Both the position numbers and the translations under genes were made by a program. A stretch of 33,601 nt of DNA from Octopus bimaculoides (taxonomy: Eukaryota). The notes beneath the pieces were generated by a model. That model was not told where the DNA came from. It was given only the letters and a program-made list of their open reading frames with translations, and searched no databases. Positions within the stretch are counted from its first letter, which is position 1, and each line of letters starts with the position of its first letter. This document shows positions 23,449 through 33,601 of this stretch, piece after piece. The DNA lies in the NCBI RefSeq assembly GCF_001194135.2, contig NC_068981.1:69499744-69533344 (forward strand), read 5' to 3'.

Positions 23449-24250
23449 AAACTGCAGGGTAGCACAGTACTCAAGAAGATCGAGGGTTATAATAGGGGAG
23501 AGTACCCAAAATTGGAAAAGCGCGGAAGGAGAGAAAATGACATAAGGCCAGGCCTTCACATGACATTTACGAGACAGACGAAAGATGGAAGGTATACTTG
23601 AGCTGGCCGCGGATTTAGAAAGACTTAATATTTCCACTCATATAAACAGCACAACGACAGACTTAATCCTATGGAACATAGAAAGGAAAATTGGAATTTT
23701 GCTAGAGAAGAGAACATCGCTACTGCAGAGCAAAAGAAGGAGAAGAGGTATAAGAAAGTAATCGAAAAGTGCGGAGAACAGTGATGGATTGTCGAGTATT
23801 GCCACCTCGCAGGATAGGGGTTGACTAGAAACTTCATTGAAAGGAAAATGGTGACGTTATTTAAAAGAAGGTTTGCATTTTCGAGCTCAGAGCTGAGAAA
23901 ACTAATAAGGAGGATACAGGAGGCAGTCGACAAAGCCAGCTTCTCTATATGGCTGAAACGAGAAGACTTCAAGTAGCTTGAAAGCCATAACATGCTGACT
24001 CGTAAATAGCGTCGCTAGGTGAGGCTGGCTGACACTTAAGCAGCGTCGCTGATTGACAGGTAGGCCAGGGTAGCGATCTCTTTCAGAACGTGCCCTCCAC
24101 CAGGTTCTAAGGCTTGTACCACCAAACAGCTGGTTGGCTCTGTCTGTTGGAAAATAGGTTTAGAGAGAACGCGGGCCAAAACTACCACCCTTCCCCTCCA
24201 TTGGTCAGTTGAAGCTTAGACAGAGTTACGTGACAGTTAGCTGTTTCTGC
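23447..24250 (+). mobile_element. RLE-type (restriction-like endonuclease; HERO-like) non-LTR retrotransposon, 3' fragment
   Basis: ELAADLERLNISTHINSTTTDLILWNIERKIGILLE / EENIATAEQKKEKRYKKVIEKC..*W / QEAVDKASFSIWLKRED matches ADL..FP..I..T.RPDLVLW..ELTVPWEEN..A..RK..RY..L..C..GW..ASFxIWLKR. The 5' end abuts (TG)n at 23403-23446. Confidence 0.8.
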
Positions 24251-24254
24251 TTGC

Positions 24255-24760
24255 AGGAGCTTATCGGCGAGTATTTAAAGGCAAATTTGGCAGGGTGGTC
24301 ATTCGCCCTCTGACATTCGTTGACGCTGCAAAGCAAAACAGCAAAAAAGGAGACAGACAACACGCTGCAAAGAAACGAATGTAAAAAACAAGAAAGAAAA
24401 AAAACGCACTCACCATCAGAACTGAAGGCACTTCCGAAATGGGGGACTTCGCCAAATCAAGAACAGTAAAAGAATAGGGGCCGAAATCGGACGTGGTCTT
24501 TCCTTAGCTACCGGATCCTATAAAGGAGCTGTTGAAGTAGCGACCCACGAAACGTCGCTGGAATTCCTCCGATATATACGCACACACAGAGACATAGAGA
24601 GAGATAAATGAAAAGAAGCGTGATAGAAAGTGAGTTGGATGTATTTGTGCTTTGTGTTTAACTCTCATACCTAGTTTGTTTATTTCTTTGAAACTTATTA
24701 ATTCTCCGAAATCATACCAGACTTGTGACCTAACTATAGCGACCGAAGTCCATCACTAAA
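24255..24760 (+). mobile_element. Unclassified terminal-repeat-like sequence (solo LTR or Penelope pLTR)
   Basis: TATAAA at 24519-24524 is directly followed by the hammerhead-like CTGTTGA..CCACGAAACGTC; GC-richer than the flanks; no TSD found. Confidence 0.3.
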
Positions 24761-24809
24761 AAGCTCCCTAAATATTGTTTCATCGTGGTTGTCGTCCAAG
24801 ATAATACAT

Positions 24810-24912
24810 GGGTATGTGTGTGCGTGCGCGTGTGTATATGTGTATGTTTGTGTGTGTGTGTGTGTGTGTATGTGTGTGTGTTTGTGTGCGAGCATGTGTG
24901 TGTGTGTGTGTT

Positions 24913-24945
<33 letters not shown>

Positions 24946-24970
24946 CTGTGTGCTCGCTGGTGTACGTGTG
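24810..24970. repeat. Degenerate (TG)n tract
   Basis: Direct reading. Confidence 0.9.
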
Positions 24971-25389
24971 TTGTGGAAGTATAATAACATCATAATGAAG
25001 ATGAATTGATACTTACAATGGAAAAAGGAAAAGTTTAATACCCTCAGGCTCAAGGGTCCATCATTAAAAGTTCATAGTTAAGAAATATTCGTCTATAACA
25101 TACCGAATACCTGGACGTCAACGACAAAGACTCTGTGAAGAGCTTATAAATGGTTGTGGCAGCTATTCACAATTATACGTGTAAACGGTTATTGCAATGG
25201 CAACAGAGGTCATAGCGTGGTTGGGCATTGTGAAGCTAGATAATGTATGGTGGCATTCTGTATGAAAGGAACCCCCTGTGTAGAAGCTAGTGATAGTGGT
25301 GACTGTCGGTGGCAAAAAATTTATACGAACAGGCAATAACAATAATACTTGTAGTGGTCATATTAGTCGTAGCGGCAGTGAATTTCACG

Positions 25390-26040
25390 GTAAATAGTAA
25401 CTTATATATGCCACCGAGTTAAATCTGAACGATTGTTGGTCTTCGCATTAAAGCGATGCACTATCAACGCTTCGTTCCTCCCTAAATTTCCTACATTTCT
25501 TCTTGTGGCCTACAATTCTTCCTATGGAATCGTCTATGTAATCAGTGGTGTTTGAGGAGTGCGTTTGAGGATGTAAAACGTGTAGTTCTTCATGTCGTCT
25601 TTCGTGTATGGATTAACGGGATCTTACTGCTAATGTATTAATAACTGTATTTGGGACACCGTAAGTATAGACCACATAGGTCTTCAGACAATTCCGCGTG
25701 TGGCCAAAGGGGTAGTTGGTGAATCTGCGAGGATGTTGCACAACATGGGCTGTTTTCGCTGAATGCCGTCTTTTGTCGGATCGGTCATGAATTGGATTGC
25801 ATTATGTCAAGTTCTTCGTTGCCGATGGCTTTAAAGATGGCAGTGGTTATCCTTACGTTGAAGTGAAATATTCTCAGGAGACAGGTGCTAATACGATTCC
25901 TACTAGCTTCTATTTGCAAAGCGTGGTGTAGAAACGTGAGGTAGCTTTTCATTCGAAAGACTTTGTGGAACTCGCGACCCGGAAAACATTGTCACTTCCG
26001 CTGCTATGGATACGAACGTTTTCTTTTCGTAGTTAGGTAA
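25390..26040 (-). mobile_element. I/Ingi-like LINE ORF2 C-terminal fragment, decayed
   Basis: The minus strand reads SYLTFLHHA..TAIFKAIG.., LPLWPHAEL.., ILKRTPQTP.., HRFN..SDLTRW. These resemble the RT-thumb/C-terminal motifs LTFxxH, YKAIGR, LPLxxH, ILxxxPP and HLFxC..DLW. Confidence 0.55.
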
Positions 26041-26059
26041 CCTTGATACTGATGGATTG

Positions 26060-26212
26060 GAGCGACTTTAAGTCACAACTTCAGCAATTTTAAAGAGAGG
26101 GTTTTGGTTGATAATATCCAACTACTTTTTAAATGGTATTTTATTTCCATCGACTAAGAAGGAATCAAAGGCAAATTTAAATTAGTCGGATTCTGAACTC
26201 AGTACGTAAAGG
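26060..26212 (-). mobile_element. Fragment of a third tRNA-derived SINE family (Meta-domain-like)
   Basis: The reverse complement CTTTACGTACTGAGTTCAGAATCCG..TTTGCCTTTGATTCCTT..GTCGATG.AAATAAAATACCA resembles a B box plus the TTTGCCTTTCATCC..GGTCGATAAAATAAGTACCAG central domain (consensus from memory). Confidence 0.6.
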
Positions 26213-26227
26213 CCCTAATGAGCAGGA

Positions 26228-26350
26228 ATAGTAATAATGATAATGGTGATGATGATGATTACGATTATGATGATGATGCTAAGGATAATAATGACGACGA
26301 TGAGGAGCCAAAGTAGGAGGACGACGACTACGACGATGATGATGATGACA
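26228..26350. repeat. Degenerate (GAT/GAC/AAT)n trinucleotide tract
   Basis: Direct reading. Confidence 0.85.
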
Positions 26351-28585
26351 TTAATAATATATTTTTTGTCCTATGAATATTAGTGGCTTTAGTATCATTA
26401 TTATTAGAAGTAGTTGTTGTTGCCCCATATTTCATTCATATACAACCGGAGATAAATTACTTTTTTGTAATTAATATAATTACATTTAAGACTAGACAGC
26501 TACTAATAAATTAAATTAGATCTGGAGACTGTGGTATAATGCATGATGAAAGAAACGGTAATAGGAATGAAAGGGAAATATATACACAAATAAACAAACA
26601 CAAAAGGAAAAAATGTGATTGAGATATTCGATTAATAGGAGTACCAGAAATGTGGGAAAATTAAGTTAAAGTGTCTGAAATATTAGCATATTGGTTGAAC
26701 AAGGTTTGAGGCGTAGTTTAAATACCACCTCTGGAGATTCGGTATCAAGTGTCAATCCCTTATGGGACATGCTGAATGAGATTGAGACGTCTGAAATAGA
26801 CACAAAATACTGCTACAATAGTTGATTAATGATTGTTGAAACACCTCCGAGCCCCGAAGATAAATCAATAAATTCGTACTTAGAGAAACATCATTTTACG
26901 TTCAGACAAATAGACATTTATACACGAATTTTCAGCGATATTATGTGTTTCAATATTAGTAATAACCTTCAAAATATTTTCGTCTCTCTCTTTGTCTGTT
27001 TTATTTTCGCCGTTTCACCCTCTCAGGTTTTTTTTATATATATATATATCTTTATCACATTTCCTCTATATCTGTTTTTATGTTCCTTACTTATAGGAAC
27101 ACTCATATATTTATTAGAAAGAAGTATGAGAATGTGCGATGCGCATAATGTTCTCAAACAAATAATTACAATGAGTACTTTTCAAATATGAAACGAAAAA
27201 AATATATTTGTCAATACTTTACAAGATATCTGCTCGAAGCTACAGATAGCTGTAAATTTTATTTTCACAACTATGCTACTATATATAATTATCTATGTAC
27301 GCATACATTAATGTGAGCATAAATAGGTATGCATACATGCTTGTATGCATATATTTATTCATGTGAGATACTAATTTAATTATCAATTAATCTTTTAAAG
27401 AAAGATATTATTCTAAAAAATGGTTCATCACTGAATATTAGGAAATAGTTGCAGTGACGTTTTACTTGATATTTTAAAAGAGTTGCAGTCTTTTACTGTT
27501 CCTCACTACTCACAATGTATACTTGAGAGGTATTTGTTAACAGTACTCTCGCTTTTCCGAGATTACTATATAGTCATATAATAGCATACCCAAGTGCACC
27601 AATAAAGATATACAAAGGAGTGACTTTTTCAAGCTGTGTTAGGAATTCATATGTCTTGAAACAGTTATCCACTGAGTCCAAGAGAAATATTCACATCAGC
27701 TGTGCAGTTGGACTATGCATAGTATTGGTTTTGATTTTCATCCATAAAAGACTTGTTTCGGGTGTACTTAGCAGAAATGTCGGTGAGCGTGTTCTATCAA
27801 CGTTCTTTCTCTTGCATACGTTTTCAGGAACAGGAATATTGTGTATATTTATAGAAGGTTATTTCTTCCTAGCATACATTTAGTCACAACTTAATTCAGC
27901 AATGGCATTAAAAACACTACCAAATGATGTTCACACACTTCAGGTTTTATGTAACAACTACACGAAGCATGTAAAAGATAACACCTTTCGATTTCACGAT
28001 TTTTACGTTTTAGTTGCTGTGGAGTTTGATACGAGTTGTATACGAATCCTAAAAATATCAGCTTTTAAACTCACAACTTCAATGTCAATGCACGTTTGAA
28101 GACTTGTTAAAAAATATTTATATGGGGCATAATTCTAATTATGTTCTTATGAATTCTACAAAAGTAATGAAATCGCACTTCTAAACGTAGTATGCCTGTG
28201 GAAATTGGAATTGATTCGTAACTAGTCTCTTTTCTCTCAGATTTGTTTTCTACCTGTTATTACCAGTTGCAATATAAATAAGTGTGTATCATTCACTTTG
28301 TAGATTTTATTTTTATACGTGTGTGTCTCATATATCTGCAGTGCCATAAAAGTTGTACTTTTGCAAACAACTGCAGCACAGTTGTATTTAAATTTGTAAC
28401 TGGAATTGGAAAATCAGTGAAAGCAATACGTTAATCGAGACAACCTACAACATCGTGTGGCCAATTACTTCATATACATACCACTTCTGTGCAAGTCTAC
28501 TTTATCAATAATTAGTATTGTTTCTTTCGATGCTTATGTTTTCACATTATCTATACAAATCGAATTGTATTTATTTTTTCTACAG

Positions 28586-28790
28586 AGAGAGGCATCCCTT
28601 TGTTGAGTGAAGTAGTTTTGATGAAGCCGAGAGTATGTTTCAATCTATAGATTCAAAAGATTATTTTGGTAGAGAAGAAATTGATGCAAATGATCCAGAT
28701 TTTATGATTAGTCTAAAAAATGAAGACAGGACACTGTTAAGAAACGTGACCAAAAGTTGTCCCTTTCAATCTCAAAATCGATTGGACTGA
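28586..28790 (+). other. Candidate exon, unverified (acceptor TTATTTTTTCTACAG|)
   Basis: Good polypyrimidine/AG acceptor at 28585; the frame reads ERHPFVE*SSFDEAESMFQSIDSKDYFGREEIDANDPDFMISLKNEDRTLLRNVTKSCPFQSQNRLD*. No homology recognised. Confidence 0.25.
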
Positions 28791-31013
28791 GACAAATTTA
28801 CAAGTGAAATTGTCAAATGCCAACGTGAGGTAGGAATTAGAAGCTATATTCATCGATGAACGTGTTACGAAAGGTGACAGCACTTTCAAAACAATGTTTG
28901 AGAAACATGGATTCATTTCTTAAACTCTAGAATTTTCAAGCATTCTAATGCTAAAAAAATAACTCTCACATATTTATAGAATAAGGATATGAAGTCCTCC
29001 TATATTTCGAAATTCAATAGCATATAGTCTATTAAAGTTATATTGAAGTAACATCCTCATCTCTCTGCTGCAGGTGCCAATATTTTAATTGTGACTTTCA
29101 TCTTAAAAGAACAGTGAATAAAAGATGTATCTCTGTATAGTAAAAATATGCAGCTTCACGTCTCGTTGTGCTCCTAGAATATATATGCATTTACATACGG
29201 TTGGTTGCGTACCTCCTAAATTTGGCATAATAATATCTTGCTATGGTCGAATACAAACCTCCAGCCATCACTAAAGACTGCCTGAAAGTCAACAGCAATA
29301 TGAATGTATAAAAACCACCACGGATTTCTTGGAGCGGATACCGTGATGCAAATCCTCCCAGGGTTAAAACATAAGATATCCCACTGACTTTTGGTTCAAT
29401 ATGCTTGATCTGGCATATATTAATGCGCATATTTATAACATGACGACAAAAACTTACCCACGTTACGAAACAGCTTCTGCTCGAGTTATTAAAGATTTTG
29501 TGGCTGAAATCCAGTGAAGGCAAAGATGACGACAGTAACTCCTTTGTCTGTTATCTCCAAAAGCAACAATGGCCACATTACCAGTTGGTTGAGTGTATTA
29601 AGCTTTATTTCATTTATAGGAGATGAACCGCGTTGTAGTAAAGCTGCATGATCAACAAAAGTCAAATAAAATGCATATAGATGGAGGCTGTCTTGATACT
29701 TGTTTTGCTTGTAACGTGCGTTGAGAATACATTTCATGTTTGATTATGTGAGCAATTTTTCCTCTTTGAAATGCTTACTTAAATAAGTAGAAATTAGGAG
29801 AAAAAAAATAGCAAAATATAAAAGAAGTTAGAATAAATGCTTCTATAGTGCTGGTGGATTAAATGACATGTGGTTAATATTGCTACGAAGAAATTGATAT
29901 AATCTATTGAATATAGTTTTTAAAAAAAGCTTCCATTTGCGTTTTGGAATTGTTAATTTATCTCGAAGAATTCGGAATGTAGAAGCTTCAAAAGTTTTGT
30001 AAATCATTTTCTTCAAATATTGATCTATATTGATCATATTATTCAAATTGTGTTCATTTATTAAGATGCATGTGGCTGATGTTTTCATGTGTGTTTTGTT
30101 AGACATCTGAACTATGATAGTCGAGACGTTGCATTACCACTTATACCGTTACGTTCCAGAGAAATAACAGCCGTATACACGTAAGACGTAATAATAAAAT
30201 ACCTGTTATTACATATATTTCAATGTTTCCCAAAAATACCATTTATAAATCTTATACCAGAGAGGATAATTTGTTTAAAAATCTAAACTTTTCCAAGTGG
30301 GTTTATTATTTAATGATAGTTTAGGTAACTTTCAAACGAACGATTCAATTGCTTTCACTTTTTATATATTCTAAAATCTCTCTCTGGTCCGATTCCTATG
30401 ACGATAGGTAAGGGTTGAGTGAAACATTCCTATAGTTATCGCAATTTGTTTTCATTTTTATTGCACTTTCCTCCACCCGTTTTTGACCTGTCTGTAGAAT
30501 GCCGATTACCAAAATAGAGAGTGGAATATTTATTACTATCTTTGGCAGATGCTACTAGGGCATCAGAGGATTCTTATTGTCGAAATTATATAGTGACATA
30601 GTTAAATTTGTAGCTAATGATCGGATCAATAAATTTAAACGCTTCATATAACTGGCAGAATGACTGCCATGGAATTTATTGCTTTCATTGTTTTTTATGT
30701 TAGTCGTTAATCTGAAACTGAAATTTCCCGAGTAAAAAGTATTATTGTGTAAACCGGTATGAATAAGGTTAAATTATTGACCAAAATGTTTCTTTTTATT
30801 TGTAACTGTAAACATACAGATGTATGCTTAAGAACATCAGCACGATTTCTGTAGAAAACTTGTATTTGTAATATGTACTAACTTTCCCACGGGCAAGTTA
30901 AATCACTATGCAACATTACAATTTTCTGTTATAAATAAGGGGAGGGACACACCCACAATATATAAATATATATATCAGAAATTAAAAGGTGGCTTATTAG
31001 TAATTAGAACCTG

Positions 31014-31338
31014 AAGGCAAAATTAATAGTGGTCACAAAAGTGACAGAGAGCACTGACTAGCATAACTGATGCTAAAATAAGAGTTAAATCAACGCCAAG
31101 GCCACCAACGCATTATACCTAATGACTGACAAAGGAAGGTAAATCCCTAGCGTAGATAACCGTATCGCGATTACGAATTTTGGTGTAGCCAACACTAACT
31201 CTCATCATTGGCTTACTTCCCTTTGTCAATCAATAGATATAGTGTTTTAGTGGCTTTGAATTTAATTTAGCTCTTATTTTAGCATAAGGAGTGCTAGTCA
31301 GTACACACCGTCACTTTTGTATCGTCTATTAATTTTGC

Positions 31339-31341
<3 letters not shown>
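31014..31341. mobile_element. MITE / non-autonomous DNA transposon with about 130-bp imperfect TIRs
   Basis: The left arm AAGGCAAAATTAATAG..ACAAAAGTGAC..ACTGACTAGCA..ATGCTAAAATAAGAG.TAAAT..TGACAAAGG (31014-31146) is the reverse complement of 31210-31341. Spacer about 63 bp; the right flank is (TA)n. Confidence 0.85.
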
Positions 31342-31387
<46 letters not shown>

Positions 31388-31559
31388 CTCCCGCACACAC
31401 ACACATACCCTATGAATATCCACTTCAGACAATGCAATTAACTAGAATGATGAAACGTACGTAAGAAATAAAAACTGCTTACTGTTATTATACTTATTTT
31501 ATTTCTTCTGCATACCGCAAACTATTCATACTGGTAACTAGGATAGTAACCATACTATT

Positions 31560-32104
31560 TTTTTGTGAAAGAATGTTGGATGAAGATGCACTTACGAGGA
31601 GTTCTATACTCACCAGCTACAGTCTTATATTTTACAGTTAGGAAGACATTAAGATCAGAAAACACAAGAATTGACAGCTAGTCACAAATTGAGGAAGGTC
31701 TGGAACTGCAAATTGCCAAGGAAAATCAAGCTATTCATTGCAGATATCGAATCAGTTTTATTACATGGCAGTGAAACACGAACAATAACACAGAAATTAT
31801 CAAACGGTCTAAATGGATGCAACGCAAGAATATTATGATTGGCCCAACATGTGAAATGACAGCAACTTATGAAAAGTTAGTGACTAGATGAAGCAAAAAC
31901 AGCTGCGACTATCTGGTCACTACGTACACCACCCTGAGATGTGGAACCCACTTTACGGTGTTGTAAGAAAACGTCGTTACACGTACTTCGACAATTTCAT
32001 GGCAGATATTGGCCTAGAATATATCAAGAACCTAGAGGCAGTGATGGTGAATTGAGAAATATGACGGGTGGACATTTTTGCTGCGGCCCGGTTGGACCCA
32101 GGCC

Positions 32105-32150
<46 letters not shown>
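31560..32150 (+). mobile_element. RTE-clade LINE 3' end with (TAA)n tail
   Basis: ASHKLRKVWNCKLPRKIKLFIADIESVLLHGSETRT..LNGCNARIL (LLYGSETWT..LDGCYTRLL); QLRLSGHYVHHPE (RLRLAGH); RYTYFDNFMADIGL; then (TAA)n at about 32105-32150. Confidence 0.85.
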
Positions 32151-32152
<2 letters not shown>

Positions 32153-32715
32153 GATTGGCTACAGCAAATATTCTGCTTAATATATAAAAGATGGGCTACA
32201 GCAAATATTCTCCTTAATACCACAGATTTGGTTGTCAGTTGTTTGACGTTAACCAGTTGAGCATGTCCCTTGGTGGCTGACGATATGTGCATCTCTGATC
32301 ATGAGCAGAAGTAGTGGGGGAGCATCATAGCCATGTGTTGAGAGGAAGTCTTTGAGGTTTGAATAATTCACCTTTGGAAACATGGGTGTTTTGCTCAACA
32401 TCCTTAAACAAACCTTATTCAGGGACCTTTTGAGCGGGATGGGCTACTCGACATGAAGAAATTTCTAACTGGGCCCCACCTGCGAGGTCATGCGCTGTTT
32501 ATCTTGATATGAGATCACCATGTCGCGCACATATGGTTGTGATGCATGTGCCTGGTGTACCATTATCAGACAGGTTGTCATGATAGATATAATGGGCTTC
32601 GTATAGTTTACTCCAGTGTCACTTTGATGGCATGCCCTGCTCTCTCACTCAATAATAATAATAATAACAACAATAACAACAACAACAACACCAACGCCAA
32701 TAATAATAACAATAA
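32149..32715 (+). mobile_element. Non-coding interspersed repeat with (AAT/AAC)n tail (LINE 3' UTR or SINE-like)
   Basis: GC-richer body ending ..GTGTCACTTTGATGGCATGCCCTGCTCTCTCACTC, then (AAT)n(AAC)n from 32651. Resembles an abundant octopus repeat I recall; class not determined. Confidence 0.6.
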
Positions 32716-33255
32716 TTTTACAAAAGACAGGAAATACCTTATATGTGCATTCTTTTAAAATCTTTTTGGTATTATTTGAATGTCTGCTTCTCAGGAAATA
32801 AGTTTTTCTACAAAATGAGAAAGGAAAAGAAGCGAAAAGAACCTTTCCTAGAATTGGAATTTAGATCACGACATATGTGAAGAATTACATGGTTAATTTC
32901 AAAATAAACTTGCATAAATTTATTGCTGCGCGTACACGTCTGATTGCTGGTCACATGCTCTGTCTGAAACCCACAGCTTTTAAAGATTATTCTCGAGACA
33001 TTTAGCTGCATAAACACGGGTGTCAATAAATATGGATACTAAAGTATTTTTATAGTCTGGCTGCAGAAGCTATAAGCTCGATACAGTTGTCGATAAATGT
33101 TTTCGTATTGATTTTGATACAAATCTTCATATGTCCATGAGAACTAACGAGTATAACTTTACATACCTTTCTCTTTCCCAGCTCAAATAACATTAATAGA
33201 TCTTTTATGTTAATTTTGCATATTTGCATGTATATCAATATCTATAACTGCGTAT

Positions 33256-33601
33256 TTATCTATCTATCTATCTATCTAACTATCTATCATCATGGACGGA
33301 CGGTAGACACATCGGCTCCCATGTAAGTTGCATTTTTCACCTCTTAAAAGACCTATTTTGTTTTAAAATTTTGTATAAGTTGTGTATAACACAAAATACT
33401 TCGTGAACATATATTTTTCAAATCGGAAATAGCTCTATTTAGAGCCTTATTTCCAAAAATTCAAACATATCTTCCTCGTTCCTAGCCATATTCTTTAAAA
33501 CGAATATGGCTAAGGTTTTCAACGAGGCCGACTTCCCGCTCCTAATGCCAGAGGCGAAAACACTTAATGCCGTTCCGCATGAACGCAGACAAGTGATGAA
33601 G
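33256..33601. repeat. (TATC)n followed by a hairpin-rich, possibly Helitron/Helentron-derived non-autonomous repeat (truncated by window edge)
   Basis: (TATC)n at 33256-33290, GGACGGACGG, and stem-loops at 33425-33454 and 33474-33527. Confidence 0.3.

Noticed and set aside
24243-24756. Solo LTR with TG...CA ends
   Set aside because: No matching target-site duplication, PBS or PPT was found; kept only as an unclassified terminal-repeat-like feature.
13792-24995. Short ORFs made of YIYI, CVCV, HTHT, ERER or SLSL repeats
   Set aside because: Translations of dinucleotide repeats with no coding signal.
28851-28915. Possible SECIS element (ATGA..AAA..TGAG) downstream of the in-frame TGA at 28608
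   Set aside because: Helix II does not pair next to the putative GA quartet without bulges, the AAA is likely paired in an alternative hairpin, and the peptide has no redox motif like known selenoproteins.
1-33601. CRISPR arrays, rRNA, prokaryotic operons or defence systems
   Set aside because: No regularly spaced repeat-spacer units and no gene-dense coding; the sequence is eukaryotic repeat-rich DNA.

Overview
This is AT-rich, microsatellite-dense eukaryotic DNA from a draft scaffold with six N gaps. The SINE families and repeat style suggest an octopus genome; this is an inference from remembered consensus sequences, not from a search. No host gene can be confidently called, and almost all ORFs in the track are gap or microsatellite artefacts or pieces of decayed transposons. 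The window is a graveyard of many element classes. DNA elements: a full-length but dead DD34D mariner with TIRs (4065-5309), a hAT transposase C-terminal remnant, a long-TIR MITE and a Helitron-type 3' end. Retroelements: three Penelope (GIY-YIG) remnants and Penelope-like terminal repeats in tandem and fold-back arrangement, two RTE-clade LINE 3' ends, an RLE-type (HERO-like) non-LTR 3' end, an I/Ingi-like LINE fragment, a CR1-like 5' part with an esterase-type ORF1, and three tRNA-derived SINE families. The most worthwhile leads are two protein-like reading frames, each broken by a single in-frame TGA, in the repeat-poor 26.7-28.8 kb region (speculative stop recoding); hammerhead-ribozyme-like cores in Penelope-type termini; and several inverted repeats that could form dsRNA. 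Two gap-flanking duplications look like assembly or haplotype artefacts. No CRISPR, rRNA or true tRNA gene was seen.
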